A DNA stretch of 31,264 bases from a virus (lineage: Duplodnaviria; Caudoviricetes). This document shows positions 11,101 through 23,100 of this stretch, piece by piece. The position numbers were made by a program, and so were the translations under genes. Below the pieces are notes generated by a model. The model saw only the letters and a list, made by a program, of their open reading frames with translations, was not told the DNA's origin and ran no database searches. The first letter of the stretch is position 1. Each line of letters starts with the position of its first letter. The stretch spans positions 1-31,264 of the IMG/VR virus record IMGVR_UViG_3300012952_001651; one strand, 5' to 3'.

Positions 11101-14100
11101 CCATATGATGCATTTATTGCATCTATCGATACAAGTGGTAACTTTGCAATCAAGAGAAAACTTTCTTCTGCTAATAAGTCTGAAAAGATTACTGATATTG
11201 TAATCAATGGAACTGATGTCTATGCTTGTATGGAAATCGCAGCAAATCCAACTGCTGCTGACATAGATGTTGCTGTTGCCAAGATTACTTTTGGAACTAA
11301 TGTTATTAGCACTGTATGGATCAATCAATATGCAAATAGTTTATATTCAATATTAAATGCAAGTATTGATATTGATGAGTTTAATGAACTTTATATTACA
11401 GGTGGTCTAAGACTTAAATCTGATGATGTAACAAAAGATAGTTTCTGGGTTGGTAAAATAGACACAAGTGGTGCCCTCATTTGGAACTATCGTTATGTAG
11501 CTCCAGGCAGAGATGTTACTATGGCAGCAACTTCTGCTATTGATATATTTGGTGATTTAAACGTAGCATTTACTAGAGCAAACAATACAAACACTTTAAC
11601 AACTGTTGATTCAGTTAAGATTGGATATGATGGTAAGATAAAGAATCATACAACTACTGGGTTTACATCAAATAGAATAGAAGGTCTTACAGTACACTCA
11701 ATGGATGCTGATAACTCTGGTGACGTTCATCTTGTTGGTCAGACACAGTGGAATAGAAACGAGTTTTTATATACATTTGATTCTGGTTCAACAACTGATA
11801 CTACTGCTCATTACACATTAACATCTACATCAACAAGTAACTCTATTACATATGCAGATAACGTTGCTAAGATCAATGGTTATCAAACTGGTCAAACATC
11901 ATGGACACAGGCAAATCTAGCAGTATCTGGATCTCAGTTAGGTACAGTTCTTGCAAATAACTTTACCTTTGAGATGATGATATACAAGAATGCATCTACA
12001 ACTTCTGTATCACCTACACAACAAACATTATTAGGTATTGGTGACGCTGAAGAGGGAACTGGTGGTCTTTGGTTATACTATGATACATCATCAGGTAAAC
12101 TAGAACTTGTTATAACAAATAGTTCTACTAAACTTAATAGTGCCTCTGGTGCAGCACAATCTGTTTTAACTAACATGTATGCTGATAACTCATGGCAATG
12201 GGTTGGATTGAAGAGAGAAGGTGATGTATATACAGTTTATATCAATGGTATACAAGTAATACAAAGTACAACTGCAGGTACAAGTTTAGGTGCTAAAACA
12301 TTATATGTTGGTCAGTTTCCTGGAAGAAGTGGTACTATAGGTAACTTTAGAGCAAATGAACAGGGTCAGTTCTCTGTAGAAAACTTAAGATTAAGAAACA
12401 GAGCAGTTACACCAACCGTTCCATCAGACGTTAGTGCACTTCCTACTACAGGTGCATTTGGATTTGCATATGTTTGGACTGATACTGCATGGTTTACTAC
12501 TAACACTAATCGTTATGATCTTATAGATTATGATGGATTTGCACTTAAAGTTGATAAGAATGCTGATGCAGCAAGACTTGGTACTGTTACTGCTCAAACC
12601 AATACAGGTATTGGATTTACTAGAACTGCAGTCACACCTGTAACTGGTACTGCAATGACCATACAGAATACTGGTTATGCTTTATCTGAAGCAGGATTCC
12701 AGTCACTAGACTTTGATGATGCCACAATAACTATGGCAGAGGGCACTGAGACTATTACATATACACAAGATATATGGAGCTCTAGAACTGCTACAGTCCC
12801 CTCACCTGGATCACAAAAACTAAATGTATCTGCTGTTGTTAAAGATAGATACTTCTTCAAAGTAACACCTACACAAAAGATTGATAACGTACAGAAGTTA
12901 ACAATAAATCAAGCATTTAGGTTTACTGTTGGTACAAAATTACGTCTTAATAATGCAGCAGGTTCATTTGTAAATAGCGGTTACATTACAAGAGTTGATA
13001 ATACAAATAATCAAATATATCTTGCTGTAAATAATAATACATGGACAGATGATTTAAACACTGGTCAACTTGTAACAGAACAGTTTAGTGAACAGTCAAC
13101 CTATGGTATTGTCGGACCTATTCCCAATGATATCAATATTATAGAAGGATATACATTTGCTACAGTCCAAAACACAACTCCTGGAACTTTTGATATTGCA
13201 TTATCAAGTTATGGATATAACGGTGGGTCAAATAACTTAAATCAGTTTGCTACATTCAAACCATTTGCAACTGAAGATTACTCTGTAAGAATAGATGAAG
13301 TATCTAGTGGTTCAACATTTATTGTTGGATCTGTTGTACAGTTAACATCAGCAGACATATCATTCAACAGTGGACGTACAACAACAACCATAACAAATCT
13401 AACTGCTGTAACCAAAATAACATTAGTTGCAAATCTTGACAAAATTTTACAAGTCACTGCAGTAGCTAATAGTGATGAAGTGTATGTAATCACTAACACA
13501 AGTCACTATCTTTCTACAGGTCAAGTGATTTATGTTGATGGTAACCCTAGCCAGACTGTAGGTAGTGTTGTGTATGATGAGTATGATGGTGCATTCCCTG
13601 TTGATCGTGTTATCAGTCCATTAGAATTTACATATAAACTAAAACAGGATGCAGTAACAAGTCCTGCTACATCAGCAGGTAGTGTCAATGTATTTGTTAA
13701 ATCACCTGTATTGAAGATGTACTATGGTCATCAGTATATCTTTGATCTTAGTCACTCATCTCTTGTTGGTGGTAACTTATCATTTGCTAAGGATAGTCTA
13801 TACAAACTTGAATACTCATTTAACTCTATTGATAGAGTAGGAACTCCTGGTGTCACTGGAGCAGGACAACCAACTCCATCTGTAACATTAAAAGTTGATC
13901 AGACTGTTGTTACTAATATTTCTTACTACTTTGATCCTTCTAGAACAGGATCTGATTCACCCGTTGTTGCAGGAAGTTACTTAGACGTTGTTGATTCTCC
14001 ATATAAAGGAACATTTGAAATCAGTGGTGTTGCAGGTGCTACTATTACTCGTGGTGCTGATATTATCAAATATCCTCTATTGAATGAACCAGAAGGAGCT

Positions 14101-17100
14101 GCTGATATTAATCAAACAACTTATTCAACTTCATCCTTAAGGGCAGTTGGATCTATCAATGCTGTTCGTATTGTGAATCCAGGTGGATTCTATACTAGAT
14201 TACCTATAGTAAGTGGTATACAATCTACTAGAAATATTGAAAGAGTACAAATCAATGCGCCAGGTACTGAATATGCTCTTGGAACTTATAGTGGTGTTCC
14301 TATAGCAGGTGATGGAGAAGGTGGATTTGTAGAAATCATTGTTGCTGATGGTACAGATGCTGAGGGTGTAACAATACCAGGTCAGATCAACAATATTGTT
14401 GTTACATCGCCAGGTAAAAACTATACTACTGCATCAATCGATATTGAAGCAATACCAGGTATTCTTGGTTCTGGTTTGACTGGATCTGGTGCAGAAGTTG
14501 TAGTTGTTATACCATCTGCAGGTTCTGGTGCATCTGTCTTTACTAAAGGTACCAGTGTTGGTAAGATTAAGAAACTTAAAAATAATAACTTTGGTTATGA
14601 TTATCCTCATGACTATACATTACGTCCAGAGATTACATTCCCAATAAATGCTCAGTTAACATCTACAAGTATACTAGACAGCATTACAGTTACAGATCCA
14701 GGTACTGGATATTCACAAGCACCTGCTGTTATAATCAGTGGCGGTGGTGGTAGTGGTGCTCTTGCTGAAGCAACTATTAAGAACGGTAGATTAGATACTA
14801 TTATTGTTAAAGATCCAGGTGCAGGTTATTCATCAACTCCTGCAGTTAACTTAAGATCATCATTTAACTATGTTGTAAACCTTGACTTAGGATTACTACA
14901 GTTTGCTTTCCCACATGGTATTACCAATGGTTCTCCTATAACATTGAATGTTGTTGACACTGGTGAAGGAACTGAGTTTCCTTTATCTGCAGGTGCTACT
15001 GGTAGATTGAATGGAAACACAACTTATTATGCTATTACTGGTACTGCAAACTCTCTAGAAAATGATCAGTTAAAGATTGCTATTACACAAGCAAACGCAA
15101 ACTTAGGTGATGCATTAGCATTCGTTAACGCAGGTACAGGTCGTCAACAAGTATTAACTGAATCCTTTGGTGGTGCTGCTACAGCAAACGTTATTACATC
15201 AACCTTCCTAGAAGGAGAACTTGTATATCAAGGTGATTCACTTTCTGCTGCTACTGCTACTGGATATGTTTCAACTAACTCAGGTTGGCAGATTGGACCT
15301 AGAGTTCTTAAGATTGTTGATTACACTGGAACATTCTCACAAGGTCAAAGAATCACTGGTGTGATTTCTAAATCTTCTGGTATCATGACTGATATCAAGG
15401 TTGCTACTGGTGTCTTAGAGATTGGTTCTATAACTAAAACTACAGGTCAGTTTATTGATGACGTTGGTAAACCATCTGAAATCATTCAAAAGATTCAAGA
15501 TAGTTACTATTATCAAGACTTCTCATATGCTGTTAAGTCTGCTGTTTCTATTGGTGATTGGAAAGAGATTCTTATTAAGAACGTTCACCCTGCATCATTT
15601 AAAGTATTTGGTGAGTTGAATCTAGATGATTATGGATTCATTCCTAACAAAGAAACATCATTCCAGTTAACTAAATCCGTTGAGCTTACTAGAGATGCGA
15701 TTGTCCCTAACATTCAAAACTTTGCTCTTGTTGAACCTGTTTATTCTGAGTTCAATAATACTGAAGTTCTATTCCGTCAAAAACGTCTTACATCTTCTGA
15801 GAACATTCTAACTTCTGTTGTACAGAGATTAGATGATATATCAAATCAGTTTGATGGTGAGAAAATATCATTCCCTCTAACTGTTGATGGTAACAACGTT
15901 GTTGCGAATGCTAACCAGTTAATGATTGTGTTAAATGGTGTTGTACAAACTCCTGGCACTGCATTTGAGTTACAAGGTGATTCAATCGTCTTTGCAGAAC
16001 CACCACAACCTCCTGCAAGTATTAAGTATGTAAACGTTACTATACAACAGGTCTCAACAAGAAGAATCAAGTTTGATAATATTAGTGGTATATTCCCAAC
16101 TATAGGAATGGTATTGCTTGGAACTTCTTCTCAAGCAAGATTGACTGTAACAAGTGTAGTTGGTAATGATATTATTGGATTCATGTCACAAGGAACCTTG
16201 TTTATTGCAGGTGAACTAGCGACTGTAGGTGCAACTGGATTTGCTGCTAATATTGCTTCTCAACAATCAGGTGGATTAAATGATGAGACATCTGGTCAAT
16301 ATTCAATACCTAATATTGGATTATTTGTATTTGGTGAGAATGTAACTAACCTTACAAATGATACTGCTAGAGTTGAACAAATAAACTTAGATGGTGCTTC
16401 AACACCTCTTGCACAGTTACGTTATACTATTGGTGCTTCAACTACATCTATTGAGATGGTTAAGTACAGAACTGATAATACAGGTGCTGATGAGGCAGTT
16501 ACTGCAGGTACATTTGTTGTAGGTAAAAACTATCAAGTAGAATCAGAAATATTCCTAGTAAACACTGTTACACAAAATAATAACTCAACAGTTCTAGGTG
16601 TAACTAGAGCTCAAAATGGTACAGCAGCAGTATCACATCAAGAATACAATCCTGTATACAGTACCGATATTATAGTTACAAATACACTAACATTAAGTAA
16701 GACTGCAGGTACATATCAATCAACACCAGGATTATTTGATATTCAGTTAAATGATTACATTGTTGGTGCACAGTCTGGTGTAGTTGCTTTAGTAACACAA
16801 ACATCTACATATCAAGATCCTGCAACTCAAGAGTTTATTGGTCAGGTTAATATATCTGAAGGATCAAGATTCTTTGGATTACTATTCAACAGAATCACAT
16901 CACAAACTTATCCAAACGTTGTTCTTGATGATATTGCAACATCTCAGATTGGTATTGTAAACTTCACAGATAATAATACTGCATTTGATAGTAGTTTCCC
17001 TGCTAATGAACAAATCAATAACTATGTTATTCCTTATGATAACTTAACTGGAACATTCCAAGATAATGAATATATCCGTAACTATAAGATTGAATATGGT

Positions 17101-20100
17101 AATAATAATGGTGACTTTACTGCTACAGAACCTGCTAAGGTTAGAAAACTAACAATCACTGATGTTATTGGTAGTGGAATATTCCAAACAGGTCAAGTTA
17201 TAAGATCTAGAGATAGTAAGGCAGAAGTTATTGGATATAACCAAGCAAGACAAACAATCTACCTAGGTAAGATTGGTAGATCACAACGTGGTGGATTAGA
17301 TTATAATATTCCAACTTGGTATGGTGAGGCACAGATTGATACTTCAACTAAGCAGTTTGGTCAAGGATCACTATTATTAGGTAGAGCAAATCATACTCAT
17401 ACATTTGTAAGTGGTGTTGCTAACGCAATCCAAGCAGGTAACGGTGCTACATCTGCTCATACTGCACAAGCAGGTACATCATATGATCCTGAGGCAGGAA
17501 CATTAGTCATCAATATCGGAACTCACAGTTTAACAACAAGTAATACTGTTACTATCGCTGATGGTGGAATAACATTTACATGTACTGCTGATAGTAATAC
17601 AACAAACCACCCATATCCAAGATCTACTGACCCTGCATCTGGACAAGCATTATCAATCACTGCAGTAACTTCAGATACGATTACTGTTAGTGTTGGTGTT
17701 GCACAAGTTACATTAGATTACTTGAATGTAGATTCATCTAGTGATTTTGCATGGGGAACTGCTGCATTTACTATTGAACTTTATGTTAAACCAGCTGCAG
17801 CATCTATATCTGGTGTTACAACTTTACTTGACTTTAGAACAACAGCAAATGATGTAGCAGGTCGTTTATACACAAATAATGGTCAAGTTCGTTACAATGT
17901 CAATAACTCTGATCTAGTAACAAGTGGTGCTACTGTTCTTGCTACAGATACATGGACACATGTTGTTGTACAGAAGTCATCTACTACTGTTAAGATACTC
18001 TTAAATGGTGTTGAAAGAGGAACTGGTACAGATAGTCAAAACTATGCTGCTAAACCATTGAGAGTTGGTGCAGATTATGCAGGAGCAAATGCATTCTTCG
18101 GACATATTGATGAACTAAGATTGAGTTCAACTTCTCGTTATTCAACAATACCATTCACTCCTCAGAATGGAATGTTCCAAGGTGATGCTAATACAAAACT
18201 ATTATGGCATTTTGATGGTGCTGATAAACAAGTATTCTTAGAAGATTGGTCTGGAGCTCCTGATTTCACTATTGATGAATATGTTAATAACGATGCTATC
18301 AGAGCAACTGCTAGATTAATCGGTGGTGTACATACATTTGTTAGTGCATCAACTAATGCAATCACTGTATCTGGTTCAAATAACTATACACCAACTGCTG
18401 CTGATTACGATGCAACAAATGGTCTATTAGAACTTACAATCGGATCTCATAGTCATACAACATCTGATACTGTTACTATTGCAGCGAACTCTTTAACATT
18501 CACATGTACAAAAGATAACAACGCAACAAACCATACCTATCCAAGAGTAACAGATCCTTCTTATGGTAAAACCCTTGCTATCACTGCAGTTACAGGAGAT
18601 ACAATCACAGTTAATGTAGGTGTTGCAAGTAGAGGATTTGATCAGAAGACACACAGATATATCAATGCTGCAGATAATATAATATTAAACTACGATTACA
18701 TTGCTAGAGAGGCAGTGTATATCATGAAGGAACGTTATCCATTCTTCACTGTTATTGGTGGAGCAGTTAACTGTGAAGATGATGTGAGAGATATTCTTAA
18801 AGCAATGGTTGAAGATCTTAGAAATGGATCTAACAGTCATACATGGGATGCTTCTGCATTATATGTCAATAGAACTACTAATCCTATCACATTGTTACAT
18901 GTTTCAGATGACTTGAAAGAATCACTATACACATATGATATAGTAGAGAAGTTGGTAAGATTTGTTATTAATAATGAACCATGGTCTACATTAGGTGATC
19001 ATGGATTGACTCAGAAGTTTGATACTTCTATTACTGAATCAAACTATCTTACACAGTCTGTAACTCAGTTTACTCCATCAACTGCAACTTATAATCCTGC
19101 CACTGGTGACATGGTTATTACTAGCAACGGACATGGATTGACAAGTGATACAAATCTTACTGCATCTAATGCAACTTATAATGCTGCTACTGGTATTTTA
19201 AATATTACCTCTAACAGTCATAATCTTGCAACTGGTGATAAGATTCAACTCGCTGATAACTCATTGACATTTACATGTTCAATGGACAGCAATGCTACAA
19301 ACCATACCTATCCAAGAGCAAAAGATCCTGCTGCTCAAGGTTGGCAAGAAGTTACAAGAGTTGATGCAAATAACTTTACTATTGATGTTGGTAAGTCACC
19401 AATAGTAAACTATCAACCAACAACAGGAACAACTTACGATCCTGCTACTGGACTTCTTAAGATGTTCATTGGTGATCATAACTTAGCAGTTGGTACAAAC
19501 ATTAAGTTGACTGCTAATTCCTTAACATTTACTTGTGATTACAATGGTGATGGTCAAACAACTCAGAAGACATATCCAAGAGCAAGTGGTGAAGATGGAA
19601 CTGCAGGTGGAGCAAGTAATAATACTGGAACTCCTGACGCTGCATACAACACAGCTCTACAAATAGTTGCTGATGGTGTATCATCTACTGCTACAGGTGC
19701 AACCTACACACCTGCAGATGGTGTTTTAGTTATTACTCAAAATGCTCATGGATTTGTTGTAGGTGACAAGATCAGGATTGCTGATAACTCACTATCCTTT
19801 ACTTGTACTAAAGATGGCAACCATGAAACTAAATCATATCCTCGTTCAACAGATCCTTTCTCTGGCAGATGGTTAAGGATTACAGCGAAGACAGACAATA
19901 CATTCACAGTTAATGTTGGTCCTTCTTCTGCTGCTGATCAATATGTTCATACATTCGTATCTGCTTCAGCAAACGGTATTATCAAGCGAGATAATTCTAT
20001 CACTGTCAATGTCGGCACCTCTTCGGACACTTCGACACACACATTCGTTTCTGCAACTTCAAATGCAATAATAACAGGAGGTAACTACACACATGCATTC

Positions 20101-23100
20101 GTTTCTGCTACCACTAATGGCATCACTGTCTCTGGTGATTCTGTATTCCTTGCGGATGGTGCTGTCTCATTCACTTGCTCCAAGGATGGTAATCAAAAGA
20201 TTACAGCATATCCAAGAAAATCTGACCCTGCGTCTAAGCAAGTTCTTAAAATCTCTGCCCATACGAACGACACGTTCACGATCAACGTCGGCAAGTCTTC
20301 TGCTGATGACCAGTACTCTCACACATTCTCTAGTGCGGTAACTAATGGTATAACAAAATCTGAATACTCAACACAAGATTGTCAAGATGTACAATCTACA
20401 GTGGCAAACTTATTTGATATCATTACTGATACATTGACATTTGCATCACAATCACCTGCTGTAGATCATCTTGCAACGGTAACTAAATCTACACCTGCAT
20501 ATGAGTTTGTTGGTGCAACAATAAATGCATTCTCTGAAGTTCCATTTACTGTTGATTATCATAATGGTGCAACTGATCAGATATACACAAATCAAATAGA
20601 TGAAGATGCTCGTGGTAGATTCCGTGATGCTGCTAACTTGATTCGTGCAAATAGAAAAGTTATTGTTGATAAGGCAGCATATGATATGCTACAAAGATAT
20701 CCAGCTCTTGCATTGGATATGCCTAGAAATGCTAATGGTACATCTACAGACGGTACATTACGTTGTAAGACTGACTTAGGATTAATATTAGATGGATTAG
20801 CACAAGATGTTGAAGACGGTGGTAATGATGGAATACTTACTGCAGTAGGTTTCTATATCGGTAATAATAGCGAGTTACGTTATATTCGTTTACAGGTTCA
20901 TCAGTCTGCTTATGCACATGAGAGATTAGGATTCTATGCTAAACAAGCAGTTACAGGAGATCTAACTTATGATAATACTGATGGTATTATTGTTGGTGAT
21001 TGGGGTATAACAAATGACAGTGGTGGATGTGCAAACGTCAAGACTGCAATCGATACTCTCATTACATTACTCAATGATATTATTGCTCCTACAAGTTCTG
21101 ACTTTAATACTGCTGCAGATAGATTATACTTTAACAGAGAGTATATTAGGGAAGAAATAACTGGTCTAATGACCACAGAGTTTACATATCTTTTAAACAA
21201 TGTACAGTTCCAAGCATTCCAGTTCCCAGGTGGTGCTTTAGGTGTTGCAGCGTTCCAACAAAATCTTGAAGATGTAATCATTGGTGGAATATCAGATCTA
21301 CAAACTGGTGGTAATGATAGTATTATTCTAGAAATCGAGAAGTTCTTAACCTCTACTCTACAATACAACTTAACAGTTAATGGAACTGAACAGTTATTAT
21401 TAGCAACAGTTTATGGTATAACTCAACTAGAAACCATTGGTCTAAAAGCAATAGACAACTTATTATATGCAACTGGTGAAGACACAGGTGGTACAGCAGG
21501 TGCATACAGTGCATTACATACACAGAGAGCTGCAGTTCGTGATTCATTAACATATACTGATGCTATTTCAGTTAAGAATAGATGGAAAGCATTAATAGAG
21601 TTTGCTGTAAATATACTTTCTCCTGCTAGAATAACTGGTAGAAGTGCAAGTAAGAATCTTCTTTACAATAACAACTACTACTTACAAGAAATACAAACAC
21701 AAACTGTTGCTCAGTTTGGTTCTGGATCATGGACTTATGATGATTTTGTTAATACAACATTAAATGATATTATTCATGATTTACAAACAACAAATATTAG
21801 AACAAATACAACTGCATATCAAATCACTATTTCAAGTGTAAGTGCAACTGATTTCCAAGTTGGTGAAGTTGTTAGATCCAACGTTGGAGGATATGCATCT
21901 GTATTAGAGTTTGATCCTGATACTAACTTCTTCGTTGTTGGTCCGTTTACAGGAACTGCATGGGTTGCAACAAACACATTAACAGGTAAAACATCTGGTG
22001 CAACTGCAACTGTAGGTTCTGTAGGATCTGGATATACTTGGTATACTCAGGTAGCAAATACAAGAACTCTTGCTACTGCTAGAACAATAATATCTACAGT
22101 TTCTGGTCAAACTGCAGGTACAAACCTTTGGACAAATCCAGAAGCATATGCAGTCAACTGGACACCTACAACTGGTGTAACGATTACTGATAACGTTGCA
22201 ACTCTTGCTCCTGATGATTCACAAACTGCAGAGGATGTAACTCCTAATAATGGTGTTAACAATCAACATGAAATAAACAGAGACTTCAACCTAACTGCAT
22301 TTGAAACATTTGACTCTGGTACAACTACATTCGATACTACAAACGAAACATTTGATACTGGTGCTGTTGGAGCTCAAGAGACACAGACATTTACATTCTC
22401 AGCATTTGTTAAAGCATCTGGATCACAAGGAATCAGATTCCAAATGCAACTTGATCCAGGTGGTGCAGGTGAGCAAAATGTATTCTTTGATCTTAATCTT
22501 ACAGATGGTACTACAAGTACAATCTTTACACCTCAAGGTGGTATAACTGCTGATGCATTCGGTGTATTCCCACTTGGTAATGATTGGTTTAGATGTTATA
22601 TTACTGCAACATTCTCCTTTGGTTTTACTACTCTACGAAATAAAATTATTGTCAAGAGTGGAACTGGAAGTAGTGTTTGGTCAGGTGATGGTTCAACTGG
22701 TATTATTGTATGGGGTGCTAAACTTACTAAGAATGCTCTTGATCCATATCAAGCACAAAGTGGTAGATTATTCTATGCAGATACATCATACAACACTAAG
22801 AACTTTATTCTAGATCTTCTAGAAACATATATGATTGCATCTCTTGATGGAACTCTTACATCTCCTGCTCCAAACTCAGGATTCTATTCATTCTATGATA
22901 GCACTGCTGCTGCAGATTATAGTAAGGATTCTATATCTGCTGCGATTAGATATCTTATAGGAATCATTAGAAATCAACTTAAGAATGATACTTCTTATAT
23001 TCAGTTGACAACATACAATGGTATTCAACTTCCAACTAAGGTTTACACTACTGGAAGAACTATACCAGTTGCGTTAAGAGGTGGTGTTGCTGATGCTGAC

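Noticed and set aside
17392-18456. HxH motifs (NHTH, SHSH) as T4 gp37-type iron sites
   Set aside because: They are isolated, not conserved across module copies, and not in a trimeric needle-like context.
17390-20358. Inserted modules as inteins or introns
   Set aside because: No Cys/Ser-start and His-Asn-end splice motifs, no homing-endonuclease motifs, and the reading frame is uninterrupted.
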